From a virus (Duplodnaviria > Caudoviricetes): DNA of 40,565 nucleotides. The stretch lies in the IMG/VR virus record IMGVR_UViG_3300044840_000027, positions 1-40,565 of that record. One strand, given 5' to 3'. Both the position numbers and the translations under genes were made by a program. The notes under the pieces are model-generated. The model had not been told where the DNA came from and did not search any database. It was given only the letters and a program-made list of their open reading frames with translations. Positions 7,971 to 17,164 of the stretch are shown one piece after another. The stretch's first letter is position 1. Every line of letters starts with the position of its first letter.

Positions 7971-8728
7971 CCCGGGCAGAGCTACACAGGCGGCTAAAGC
8001 GCTTCACCGAGCCCGCGGTCATCCTCGCAGCGCTGGCCACAATCCCGCTCACGATGGCCGAGCAGCAGAGCTCGAGCGGCCTTCTCTACCTGGCTGACTG
8101 GACGATCTGGGCGATCTTCGCGGTGGAGTTCACCATCATGCTGGCCACCGCTCCCAGCCGTGCGGGCTACATCAGAGCAAATGGGCTGAGCCTGGTAATC
8201 GTGGTCGTCTCGCTGCCGCTGCTGCCAGCGATCTTTGGCCTGGCGCGCGTCGCTCGAATGTTCAGGCTCCTACGCCTCCTCGTATTGGCTGCGTTCGCCA
8301 TGCGCGGGCTGCGCCGAGTGTTCGGCCGCCGCGGGCTTATCCAGGTCGTCGCAATGATCGCGATCCTGGTCGTCGTGGGCGGGACGCTAATGAGCTTCCT
8401 GGAGCCCGGGACGGCCAAGGGCGGGATCGGAGGCGGCGTCTGGTGGGCGATCGTCACCATGACCACGGTCGGCTACGGAGACATCGCGCCGACCACAGTT
8501 GCGGGGCGGGTGCTCGCTGTCCTTCTCATGCTCGGCGGCATCGGCCTCACCGCCAGCCTGGCCGCCTCCATCGCCGCCTTCTTTGTCGGTCAGGACCAGG
8601 CGCAGCACCCGTTGGGTGACCGACTCGACCGACTCGAGGCGATGGTCGAACAGATCCACGCTGCCACCACTGGCGAGCAGCTGCCGGCCGTTATTCCGGT
8701 CCGTCGGACCGAAGGAATCAAGCCATGA
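7967..8728 (+). CDS. Potassium channel with voltage-sensor-like N-terminal helices
   Basis: WWAIVTMTTVGYGD selectivity filter; S4-like RVARMFRLLRLL; about 6 hydrophobic helices; C-terminal coiled coil; TTGA overlap with int. Confidence 0.95.
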   Translation: MTRAELHRRLKRFTEPAVILAALATIPLTMAEQQSSSGLLYLADWTIWAIFAVEFTIMLATAPSRAGYIRANGLSLVIVVVSLPLLPAIFGLARVARMFRLLRLLVLAAFAMRGLRRVFGRRGLIQVVAMIAILVVVGGTLMSFLEPGTAKGGIGGGVWWAIVTMTTVGYGDIAPTTVAGRVLAVLLMLGGIGLTASLAASIAAFFVGQDQAQHPLGDRLDRLEAMVEQIHAATTGEQLPAVIPVRRTEGIKP

Positions 8729-9045
8729 GCTTCCTGAACAAACTCGTCCGCAAGCCCGCCGAAACGGGGGAGAGTATCCATGCCGGCATGGGCAAGCTCG
8801 CCGTCGACGGCGACTGGATCGCCTACAAGCCCGTCTTCGGGTCGAAAGCCCAGGGCTTCCGCGTCCTCCGTAGCCAGGTCGACGCCGTTCGTGTCGAGGG
8901 CCTCTCCGCGAACCAAATGGGGAATGGCTTCCTCTCTCTCGTGGGGAAGGGGACCGAACTCGCGAGGGTCGAGATCCCGAACGCCCAGATCGAGAAGGCC
9001 CAAACGTGGGTTCAGGAGCGGGTGGGGGCGACCGCTTCCGGCTGA
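8725..9045 (+). CDS. Small protein, probable bacterial PH-like fold
   Basis: Beta-rich pattern GKLAVDGDWIAY..QVDAVRVE..GNGFLSLV followed by a terminal helix; ATGA overlap with channel. Confidence 0.55.
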   Translation: MSFLNKLVRKPAETGESIHAGMGKLAVDGDWIAYKPVFGSKAQGFRVLRSQVDAVRVEGLSANQMGNGFLSLVGKGTELARVEIPNAQIEKAQTWVQERVGATASG

Positions 9046-9058
9046 GCCCTAGACGAAG

Positions 9059-9100
9059 AAGAACCCCGACCCTCGCCGGAGAGTCGGGGTTCTTTGCTTT
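9059..9100. terminator. Bidirectional intrinsic terminator between convergent operons
   Basis: AAGAACCCCGAC / GTCGGGGTTCTT 12-bp stem with T-rich flanks on both strands. Confidence 0.85.
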
Positions 9101-9136
9101 CGGGCCGCACGCAGGCCCTCGCAACTGTCTAGGCGG

Positions 9137-9349
9137 CTATTTCTGCTTCCTCGAGCTCGAGTGCCGGAGCCACCAGACCACGAAGACGATCCCGGCGAAG
9201 GCGACGCCCCACCGGAGGACCGGATGGAAGAACGCCTCGAAGCTGATCGTATGGATGCCGACGTAGGCGGGGTCGATGCCGACGATCTCATACGCTGCGA
9301 TCGCTACGGCGATCACGGCGACGAGGAGCCAGATCTGCCGGCTCGTCAC
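9137..9349 (-). CDS. Two-TM membrane protein (lysis cassette, holin or antiholin-like)
   Basis: Start re-called to GTG 9349; IWLLVAVIAVAIAAY and WGVAFAGIVFVVWWL with a basic C-terminus. Confidence 0.65.
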   Translation of the reverse strand: MTSRQIWLLVAVIAVAIAAYEIVGIDPAYVGIHTISFEAFFHPVLRWGVAFAGIVFVVWWLRHSSSRKQK

Positions 9350-9654
9350 GCGGGCGGAGGAGTCGCCGGCGCCGCCGGCGCCGCAAGCGGAGTGAGCGGG
9401 AAGGATCCCGAGGAGGCCGGGACGATTGTCACCGGGGGCGAAGCCTTCGCGAGGCCGCGGCTGATCGCGTAGGTGGCGGCCGGAACGACCATTCCGAGGA
9501 TGCCACCGACGACCTGGATGGCGGCCGCTAGGCCGGCGCCGTGGGCCTGCGCGGGGTCGACGTAGCCGAGCACGACGGCGAGGCCGATCAGTGCCGTGAT
9601 GACCGAGATGTAGAACTCGGTGGTCTTGTAGCCGGCCTTGATAGTCGGGTTCAT
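9346..9654 (-). CDS. Putative holin
   Basis: Start re-called to ATG 9654 with AAGGAGGT; GYKTTEFY motif then two TM helices; end of late operon. Confidence 0.7.
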   Translation of the reverse strand: MNPTIKAGYKTTEFYISVITALIGLAVVLGYVDPAQAHGAGLAAAIQVVGGILGMVVPAATYAISRGLAKASPPVTIVPASSGSFPLTPLAAPAAPATPPPA

Positions 9655-9707
9655 CGAGGAGAGACCTCCTTCGGTTAAGCCGCGGAGCTCGCGGCGGAGC
9701 GGCCGGG

Positions 9708-10031
9708 TTAAGCGCCGGCCAGCGCGTTCCAGACGGAGGCGACGCCGTTGGCGATCTCCGAGTCGGACGAGTCCTTGTCGAGGCCCTGTGTCGCGAGGGC
9801 GAGGGCGAAGGCATATGTCCGCTTTGCCGGAGCGATCGGAGGCGCGACCCAGACCATCGAGACCGGCGGATCGTTCAGGACGGCGGTCGCGAGAGCGGCT
9901 CGAGCGACGTGGAGAGGGACTGCGCCCTCCGAATAGATGTTGATCGCGGCTTCGGCCGCCGCCTCGGCGACTCGCTTCTGGAAGGAGACGTCCGCTGCCG
10001 CGTCGAAGCGCGCCGCGAATCCGACCGCCAT
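9708..10031 (-). CDS. Hypothetical protein (tail-tip associated)
   Basis: FQKRV..VWNALAG; located after tail genes. Confidence 0.6.
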   Translation of the reverse strand: MAVGFAARFDAAADVSFQKRVAEAAAEAAINIYSEGAVPLHVARAALATAVLNDPPVSMVWVAPPIAPAKRTYAFALALATQGLDKDSSDSEIANGVASVWNALAGA

Positions 10032-10217
10032 CTAGACCTCCTCTCGCCCGATCTGGGAGCACGGAATGCAGAGCGGGTAATACAGGCTCGGGTGGTCGAT
10101 CTCCTCGCCCGGGAAGAGCGCCGCGTTATAGCCGAGGAGGGCGGCCGGCTTCCCGCAGTTGCGGCACGACTTCGCCGGGATCTCCGGGTCGAAGTAAGGA
10201 CCGACGCCGCGCATCAT
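10032..10217 (-). CDS. Small Cys4 protein
   Basis: CRNC..CIPC; 4-nt overlap with upstream gene. Confidence 0.5.
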   Translation of the reverse strand: MMRGVGPYFDPEIPAKSCRNCGKPAALLGYNAALFPGEEIDHPSLYYPLCIPCSQIGREEV

Positions 10218-12388
10218 CCGGTCCAGAGGACCTGGAGCCAGCCCGAGTAAACGTGCATCTGGTTGGAGCCCGCGGTCTGGATCTTCAGATAGGCGGTGTA
10301 GGTTCCGGCGGGGATGGCGATCCCGCCGGCGGAGTTGCTCGCGAAGTTCACGCGCTGGATCCCGAACGGGAGCTTTTGCTGGGCGTTGGTCACGATCCCC
10401 GGCAGGTCGGCCCAGATGTAGCGGACCGAGGTGTAATCGTCCCAGGACTCCATCCGGGCGTCGATCGCTGACTGGATCTGGCAGACGCCCGCTCGAGGCG
10501 TCGTAAACGTGACCTGCGCGACATTGACGATCCCGCCGCCCATCGCATAGATCCCGGGCGCCGCGGTCGCCGGGTAGATGACGTTGATCTGCGCCTGCGG
10601 CGGTGGAGGCGGCGGTGCGGTGATCGGGCTGGGAGCTACCAGCGGCGGGATCGGGACGGCGGTCGCGGAGACGACGCCCACGCGCTGGGCGATCCTCGTC
10701 GCCTCATAGGCCGTGTCCGTGTCGGCGAAGGGAATGTCGCCGCAGATGAGCTTCTGGCTCGGCCCGTCGGTCGTGACGTCCCAGACGACGAGGGTCGGCC
10801 CGTAGCGACCGGATCCGCCGGGCGCCGAGCCGATCGCCTCGACCGCCGGCTCCCAGAAGCGAACGGTCAGCCCGCCCTGCCGGTAAGGCGTTAGCCGGAG
10901 GCCGAGCGCCGGGAGGTCGGCCTCGACCGAGTTGATGACCCGGTCGAACTGAGCTCCGAGCGAGTCCCGGATCGCGTCGAGCGTCGGCTGGTCCGTCACC
11001 GTCGGATAAGACGGCGTCGGGTTGAAGGTCCGCGGCCCGTAGAGGCGCCGGCTCGTCGCGTTCGAGTAGAGGGAGTGAAGCCGGCCCGGGTCCCCCGGAT
11101 TCGATCCGCCGATGACCGGGATCGTGTTCTTCATCCCGATGACGGAGGAGGAGGACTTCTTGCGGTTGTAGTCGACGCCGCGGCGGAGCGTGAGCGTCGG
11201 CGGGTTCGCGAGGTAGACCGGCTGGAACCAGACGAGGCCCTGGGCGTCGACCCCGTAGAAGTAGTTCGCGCCGGCGATCTGCTTCGCGACGTGGACGGCG
11301 TCGAGGGCGTTCGTGTTCTGGAAGTCGTAGATGTATTTCAGCCCGGTATCGGGGCAGGAGGCCGGCGAGACGGAGAGGTGAGCCGAGCCGGCGACGGCAT
11401 CGCGGACGAACTGCGCGATCTCGGTCGCGACGGCATAGGTCTTGTTGAAGTCCGTATCGCCGAGCTCCGCCGCCCACGGCGTGACGACGATCTGGTGGTG
11501 GACGACGCCGACGCCGACCTCCTCCGGCATGAGCTCGACGTTGCCGCTAACGAGGATCGTCCCGGCCGAGTCGCCTTGCTCGGAGAGGCGGATGACGTCG
11601 CAGAGCCCGACGCCCTCCGAAGGGTTCGTCCCAGGCCCGGGAGTGATCCGGACGTCGTCAAACCAGGTCTGAGCGTTCGTCCCCGAGGCCCCGTCCCACC
11701 AGCCGGCCATCAGGTTCCACTCGCCGTAGTAGGCGTCGGAGGGCGTGACGATCGTCGCTCCGTACTGCGTCCACGGCTTCAGGCCGTCCGTCCCCCCGAT
11801 GAGGAAGTCGGTCGTCCGAACGGTCGAGAGCGTCACGCCGTCGGCCTTATACCAGAGGAGCTTGGCGTGGGACTGCTTAACGCCGGCGTTCTGCGCCTCC
11901 CAGACCGAGGCGGTGTACTGAGCGCCGGGCACGACCGGGAACCGAGCGAAGCTGATCGCCGAGTCCCACGCGCCGGCGGCGACGAGGGTCGACGTGTTGC
12001 GGAGCGAGGTCCCCTGGCGGACGTTCGCCGAGTCGAGGCCCCAGCGAACGATGGTATTAAGGCCCCAACTCCCCTGGGTGATCGTGAGGGTCGCGTCCTC
12101 GAAGCTCGGGTCGACGACGAGGTTCGAGCTTACGGCGGCGGCCGCGAGCTCGAGCGTGATCGGCTGGAACCCGCCGTTCTGCGTCGCCTTTAGGCCGGGC
12201 CGGTTAAGGAGCGCCGAGGCCGGGCCGAGGAGCCGCTTAAAGACGAGGTCGCGGGAGTAGAGGTGCGCGATGAACGGCTGCGCCGTAGTCGCCATCGGCG
12301 GCAGCCCGCGAACGAGCGGCGGCTGGGGCCCGCCGACACCGACTCGGCCGGCGACCCCGAGCCCGCCGTAAACGACCGGCGCACTCAT
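10214..12388 (-). CDS. Baseplate hub/Tal-like minor tail protein with inserted carbohydrate-binding module
   Basis: NLVVDPSFED..VVPGAQYTASVW..WFDDVRIT (CBM4/9-like) inside a hub-like scaffold (YFYGVDAQGLVWFQ, SRRLYGPR). Confidence 0.7.
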   Translation of the reverse strand: MSAPVVYGGLGVAGRVGVGGPQPPLVRGLPPMATTAQPFIAHLYSRDLVFKRLLGPASALLNRPGLKATQNGGFQPITLELAAAAVSSNLVVDPSFEDATLTITQGSWGLNTIVRWGLDSANVRQGTSLRNTSTLVAAGAWDSAISFARFPVVPGAQYTASVWEAQNAGVKQSHAKLLWYKADGVTLSTVRTTDFLIGGTDGLKPWTQYGATIVTPSDAYYGEWNLMAGWWDGASGTNAQTWFDDVRITPGPGTNPSEGVGLCDVIRLSEQGDSAGTILVSGNVELMPEEVGVGVVHHQIVVTPWAAELGDTDFNKTYAVATEIAQFVRDAVAGSAHLSVSPASCPDTGLKYIYDFQNTNALDAVHVAKQIAGANYFYGVDAQGLVWFQPVYLANPPTLTLRRGVDYNRKKSSSSVIGMKNTIPVIGGSNPGDPGRLHSLYSNATSRRLYGPRTFNPTPSYPTVTDQPTLDAIRDSLGAQFDRVINSVEADLPALGLRLTPYRQGGLTVRFWEPAVEAIGSAPGGSGRYGPTLVVWDVTTDGPSQKLICGDIPFADTDTAYEATRIAQRVGVVSATAVPIPPLVAPSPITAPPPPPPQAQINVIYPATAAPGIYAMGGGIVNVAQVTFTTPRAGVCQIQSAIDARMESWDDYTSVRYIWADLPGIVTNAQQKLPFGIQRVNFASNSAGGIAIPAGTYTAYLKIQTAGSNQMHVYSGWLQVLWTG

Positions 12389-12389
12389 G

Positions 12390-13130
12390 CTAGAGGTCGC
12401 CGATCCATTCGGCCTTCAACCAAGTCAGAGACTGGCCGGCCGAGGTCGTAATAGAGGCGCCGGAGATGTTCTGGAGGTTGACCGTGAAGGCGTCGTTGAG
12501 GTTCATCCGGATGACGCCCGTCCCCGAGATCGTCGCGGCTCCCGCGCCCAGGTCGGCGAGGCGCAACGTGTCAGCGCCTGGGCTAGCGTTCAACTGCAGG
12601 ATGACGCGGCCGGCGGTAGCTGCACTTAGGGCGCAGGCCACGCGGACGTCGTAACGACCGGGCTTAAGCGCCGTGAGGACGCCGGTGGCTGGGTTAAAGA
12701 GGCCCGCCGGATCGTTCTGGACCTGCGCGAAGTTGATTGTCGAGTTGGTCGCCGTTAGGATCGGACCCTGGGCGGCGTTGGCGTAATACTCGCAGTGGTA
12801 GAAGGGCGCGTTCCAGGCGACTGCCGTCTGGAGCATCAGGGCGGTCAGCTCGTTCCCTCCGACCGCTCCGGCTCCGTGGGCGATAGCCGTGGTTCCCTCG
12901 GCCGAGGCCCCGCCGCGGACGATGGTCGTCTGGGCGAGCCCGACGTTGACGGCCGTCACCTTAAAGATTTCGTAGGTGGTCGCCGGAAGCGGGTCGTCGA
13001 CTCGGACCGAGAACTCGCCCGAAGTCGGCCAACCGGCGACCGAATCCCACGTCGCAACCACGGCGCCCGCGGTTAGCGGCGACGCGAGGAAGTGCCCGAC
13101 GTAGTTGTTTAGCTGTTGAGCTGCCGCCAC
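12390..13130 (-). CDS. Minor tail protein with C1q/TNF-like C-terminal domain
   Basis: EIFKVTAV..TIVRGG.EGTTAIAH.AGA N-terminal module; INF..NDP.GLFNP.TGV.TA.KPGRY C1q-like motif. Confidence 0.7.
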   Translation of the reverse strand: MAAAQQLNNYVGHFLASPLTAGAVVATWDSVAGWPTSGEFSVRVDDPLPATTYEIFKVTAVNVGLAQTTIVRGGASAEGTTAIAHGAGAVGGNELTALMLQTAVAWNAPFYHCEYYANAAQGPILTATNSTINFAQVQNDPAGLFNPATGVLTALKPGRYDVRVACALSAATAGRVILQLNASPGADTLRLADLGAGAATISGTGVIRMNLNDAFTVNLQNISGASITTSAGQSLTWLKAEWIGDL

Positions 13131-15026
13131 TTAGATCAGATACCTCGGGTTGTGCGAGCAGGCGAGGGTTAGGCCGGCCGAGCTCCCCGAAGCAGGGGTG
13201 ACGACGGCGAGGAATGGGTTGAACTGCCCGACCGGGCCGAAGAGCATCGGGAAGGAGCCGATAACGTCGAAGCTGTTCCCGAGGTTGTCGGTCGCGAGCA
13301 TCGCGGCGCAGTCGATCGTCACCGTCCGCGCGGTCGAGGCGGGGATCGCGGCGACCGACTGGAAGTTGACCGTCAGCGCCTGCTTCTTCATCGTGTTCTG
13401 GAGCTGGAAGGAGTTGATCGCGACGCCGTTGCTCGCCGGGATGACGAGGGTCCAGACGGGTTCCGCCCAGACGCTCCCGGCGTAAGGGATGTAGAAGTAT
13501 TGGCCGCCGTCGACCGTGAGCGTTAGCGGGACGAGCGTCGACGCGACGAGGTCGGCGAAGTAGGGCTGGGCGATCAGGTCGAGGTTGAATCCCCAGACCG
13601 CCGGCGCCTTCGACTTGATCGCCTTCCGACTCGAGAGGCCCTTGTACCGGGCGGCGACGGCGGTGACGTTGTCGAACGTAAGGAGCTGCTCGCCGGCCTG
13701 GTCGAGAACGCCCTCGAGCCCGCCGAGGAAGTGCGTCGCGTCCTCCGTGTAGCTCATCGGCAGGCTGATCGGGTACGGACCGCGGTCGTCCCCCGTGTAG
13801 CTAAAGCGGGAGCGATAGAGGAGCTGGGCGAGGCTCAGTTGCTTATTCGTATCGTCGCCCTGGAAGTCGCTCATCCTCGTGTTGACGAGGTCGTTCAGGT
13901 CGACGTTCGCGAGGGCTCCCTGCCCGTCCGGACGAGCTCGGCCGCCGACGAGGGCGATCTGGCGGCCGGCGACCTGAGCGAGCGTCGGCTGGGTCGAGGG
14001 CGGGAGCCCGCCGGCGTACACGGCGAGGTTGTCGTAGTAGTAGAGGCCGGCGCCATAGGCGATGAGTTCGACGTGGTAGCCCGCGCCTGGGGAGTGGGTC
14101 GCGCTCATCTGGTGCCACGCGGAGTCGGTCGGCATGTTCGGCGATCCGCCGCCAAATTCGATGTCGGCGTAGAAGTTCGCCGGCGCGGATCCGGTGAGTC
14201 CCCAGCCTTGCACGACCTCGGTATATGGATTGGCGACGAACGGCAGTAGGGGACTCTGCCACCACGCCTGCGCGCTCGAGTGGGCGTTGTAGATCGACAG
14301 GCTCTTCGACCCGGCGAAGGACTTCGACGCCGACCATCCCCAGGACGGTTCGCCGGTGCCTTGGCCGAACGTCCAGCCCAGCGGGACCGGCCCTTGCACG
14401 AGGATCGTGTTAGGGAAGTTCCCTCCCCACCGCGTCGTCGCATTAAAGGTGTTGACGTTCTGAATCGACGCGCACCCTTGGGCGACCTCCGGGTCCGCAA
14501 TGGTCACCGAGAACGTTGCGAGCTGCGCTCCGATGGCCCCGGCGGAATCGGCATAGACGGTCACCGTAAAGAGCGTCCCGACCGACTGGACCATGATCCA
14601 GTACCAGGTGTTGTTGACGACCGTGAAGGAGACTCCGCCCTGGTTGGTGATCGCCCCCGAAATGTTCTTCCAGACGTTCATCCCGCCGCTGTTGATCATT
14701 CCGATTACCCAGCTAGTCGGCGCGGACTTCGGCCCGGCGACATGCCAACCCACCCCAGGCACCGGGGTCGCCCCGGCCGAGGTCGGGTTGTAAAGCGTTC
14801 GCGCCCAAATCTTGCCGTCTCGCCAGTCGGGGTGTCCGAAGGCGACGGCGCCGGTGCCGCCCAGATCCCAGACGTGGGCGGCGAAGCCGGTCCCGCTCAA
14901 GCCGCTGAAGGTCGTATAGGCGTTTACCGTGTTGTCGCCGTTCGACCCGAGGGAGACGAAGAGGCTCCTCCAGATCGGATCCTCTGGGCCCTCGAAGGCG
15001 TCGGCGTAGGCGAGTGCGGAGCTCAC
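13131..15026 (-). CDS. Distal tail protein (Dit) with N-terminal lectin/CBM domains
   Basis: Start re-called to GTG 15026 (GTGA overlap with TMP); follows tape measure; C-terminal YAGSVWAEPVWT..TIDC..FPML Dit-like region; GSKSLSI..YYYDNL CBM-like region. Confidence 0.7.
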   Translation of the reverse strand: MSSALAYADAFEGPEDPIWRSLFVSLGSNGDNTVNAYTTFSGLSGTGFAAHVWDLGGTGAVAFGHPDWRDGKIWARTLYNPTSAGATPVPGVGWHVAGPKSAPTSWVIGMINSGGMNVWKNISGAITNQGGVSFTVVNNTWYWIMVQSVGTLFTVTVYADSAGAIGAQLATFSVTIADPEVAQGCASIQNVNTFNATTRWGGNFPNTILVQGPVPLGWTFGQGTGEPSWGWSASKSFAGSKSLSIYNAHSSAQAWWQSPLLPFVANPYTEVVQGWGLTGSAPANFYADIEFGGGSPNMPTDSAWHQMSATHSPGAGYHVELIAYGAGLYYYDNLAVYAGGLPPSTQPTLAQVAGRQIALVGGRARPDGQGALANVDLNDLVNTRMSDFQGDDTNKQLSLAQLLYRSRFSYTGDDRGPYPISLPMSYTEDATHFLGGLEGVLDQAGEQLLTFDNVTAVAARYKGLSSRKAIKSKAPAVWGFNLDLIAQPYFADLVASTLVPLTLTVDGGQYFYIPYAGSVWAEPVWTLVIPASNGVAINSFQLQNTMKKQALTVNFQSVAAIPASTARTVTIDCAAMLATDNLGNSFDVIGSFPMLFGPVGQFNPFLAVVTPASGSSAGLTLACSHNPRYLI

Positions 15027-16993
15027 GCGCCCGGCATCCCGCGCATCCGGTTCATCGTCGCGCCCTGCATCGCCTTGTAGAGGTTCGCTCCGACCTCGGT
15101 CTGACCGGTCGGCGGCGCGGTCACGGCGTCGATCAGATCCTGGAGGAGCTTCTCGACGCGGCTTAGGTCGCCGGCGCCGCCGGCGCGCTGCTGGTCCTCG
15201 GTCTGTACTCGCTCGCCGCCGTGGGCGAGGATGAGCTGCGGCGATCCGGTCGCGCCGGGGACGATGCCTCCGAAGGCGAACCCGGGGATCCCGGCCGCGT
15301 GGAGCGCGATCGCAACGGCGCCGTTCGCTCCGCCCGGGAGCATCCCCTTGATCACTTCCATTAGCGCCGAGCCGGCGCCGCGGAGCGCGCCGAGGATGCC
15401 GTTCAGAATCCCCGAGCCGATACGGGAGGCGAGCTGGCTCGCGCCGGCGATGATCTCGCCGAGCTTCGAGAAGATCGCGTCTCGAGCGAGCCCGAAGATG
15501 TCCGCGAGCGACTGCGGGATCTGCCCAAAGGTCTGCGGCACCAGGTCGCGAGACCACTGTGCCCAATCCACAAAGCGCGTGACGATCGTCTGAATGAACC
15601 CGAGGACGGTGTCGTGGATCCCCTTCCAGACGCTCGAGAAGAAGGCCCCGATGGCTCCCCAGACGGAGAGCGTCACGGACTTAACGAGGCCCCAGTGCTG
15701 GATGAGGAGGACGACGATCGCGACGACCGCGGCGATCGCGAGGATGATCAGGAGGAGCGGCCACGTCGCGGCGATCAGGGCGACCGCCTGAGCCGCGAGG
15801 GCGACGACCTGGGCCCACGTCGCGACCGTCCACGCGATGAACATCGGGATGAGGATCGAGGCCATCACGCCGCCGAGGATGACGAGGCCGCCGGCGATGA
15901 GCGGGAACCACGGCTGGAGCTCGGTGATGTGCTGCTTGATATTCGAGACCCAGGTCAGGAACCCCGAGAGCGCCGGGATAAGCCGCGTCGAGGCGACCTC
16001 GGCGAGGTCGCTCAGCATCGGCATCATGCCGGTTCCGACCTGCTTCGTGATGCCGCTTATCGAGGCGTCGAGCTTCTGGTGCTCGAGGAAGAGCTTATGG
16101 GCGGCCTCGACCTGCTCGTTCGACATTACGTCGCCCTGCTTCTTGCCCTGTTCCATCATCTCTTTGATCCCGGCCGACCCGAGGTTGAGGATGGGAAGCA
16201 TCTCGACGCCCTGCTTACCGAAGAGCTTCATCGCGAGGCCGCTCTTTTCCATGCCGTCGGGCATCGCCTTGAACTTGTCGGCGGCGTCGATCAGGACGTC
16301 GTTCATGTTCCGGAGCTTGCCGTGGCCGTCCGAGACCTCGATCCCCAGCGCCTTGAAGGCGGCCGACGTCTGGACGTTCCCCTGGGCCACCGCCCCCTGG
16401 GCCGCGATGAGCGCGGTATGCGCGGCGGAGAGCTTGGCGTCCTCCGTCGTGACCGCCTCGGTCGCGTTCCGGAGCGAGATCTGCTCCCCGACGGAGAGCG
16501 TGATCTTGCCCTTCAGCTGGGCGTGGACGTCGGCGAGGTGCTGCTTCGCCTTCGCGTCGGCCAGGGTCGCCGTCTCGACGCTCTTGGTGGCCACGTCGAG
16601 GGTCTTCATGTCGGCCGCGCCGCCCTTTAGGTTGAGGTTCTCGATGTTCTTACCGAGAGCCTTCAGCCCGGTGTTCATCGCCTCGTGGGAGACGCCGAGG
16701 TGGCTCGCGACGGTCAGCCACGAGCTCGCCTGCTGCCCGGTAAACCCGAACTTCTCGCCCATCTGGTAGGCAGCCTGTCCGGCCTCCTCGGAGTGCTTTA
16801 CGGCCTCGACCCCGAAGGCCGCGATCCCGGTGATCGCTCCCGCGGCGAGGAGGCCGGCGCCCATCGCGAGGCCGCCGAACTTCCCGACGTTCGCGCCGGC
16901 GGCCTCGGACTCGCCCTTGACCTTCTCCATCCCCTTGGTGAAGGGTTCGGTGTTGGCGCCGACTAGGACAAAAAGCTCAGCAATTACACCCAC
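15023..16993 (-). CDS. Tape measure protein
   Basis: IAELFVLVGANT start, Ala/Gly-rich helices, AMKLFGKQG, TM stretch, FAFGGIVPG..LAHGGERV. Confidence 0.92.
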   Translation of the reverse strand: MGVIAELFVLVGANTEPFTKGMEKVKGESEAAGANVGKFGGLAMGAGLLAAGAITGIAAFGVEAVKHSEEAGQAAYQMGEKFGFTGQQASSWLTVASHLGVSHEAMNTGLKALGKNIENLNLKGGAADMKTLDVATKSVETATLADAKAKQHLADVHAQLKGKITLSVGEQISLRNATEAVTTEDAKLSAAHTALIAAQGAVAQGNVQTSAAFKALGIEVSDGHGKLRNMNDVLIDAADKFKAMPDGMEKSGLAMKLFGKQGVEMLPILNLGSAGIKEMMEQGKKQGDVMSNEQVEAAHKLFLEHQKLDASISGITKQVGTGMMPMLSDLAEVASTRLIPALSGFLTWVSNIKQHITELQPWFPLIAGGLVILGGVMASILIPMFIAWTVATWAQVVALAAQAVALIAATWPLLLIILAIAAVVAIVVLLIQHWGLVKSVTLSVWGAIGAFFSSVWKGIHDTVLGFIQTIVTRFVDWAQWSRDLVPQTFGQIPQSLADIFGLARDAIFSKLGEIIAGASQLASRIGSGILNGILGALRGAGSALMEVIKGMLPGGANGAVAIALHAAGIPGFAFGGIVPGATGSPQLILAHGGERVQTEDQQRAGGAGDLSRVEKLLQDLIDAVTAPPTGQTEVGANLYKAMQGATMNRMRGMPGA

Positions 16994-16996
16994 GCT

Positions 16997-17164
16997 CTAC
17001 CCTCCCCGCCTCGCCTCTTCGGCCTCGTCCGCCTCGAGGGATAGGTGCGCGTACCAGCCCCGCAGCTCGCCCGCGCCGATCGTGACGAGGAGCTCGCCCA
17101 CCGTCCGCGCGGTTCTCTCGGCTATGACGAAGTCGAGCCGTTCCGCGGGGCGTTCAATAAAGAC
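16997..17164 (-). CDS. Tail assembly chaperone GT extension (-1 frame)
   Basis: RPAERLDFVIAERTARTVGELL..ELRGWYAH in the -1 frame of 17122..17523, directly before TMP. Confidence 0.75.
   Translation of the reverse strand, partial: VFIERPAERLDFVIAERTARTVGELLVTIGAGELRGWYAHLSLEADEAEEARRGG

Noticed and set aside
10214-15026. Diversity-generating retroelement or invertible tail cassette
   Set aside because: No reverse transcriptase, no template/variable repeat pair, no invertase or flanking inverted repeats seen
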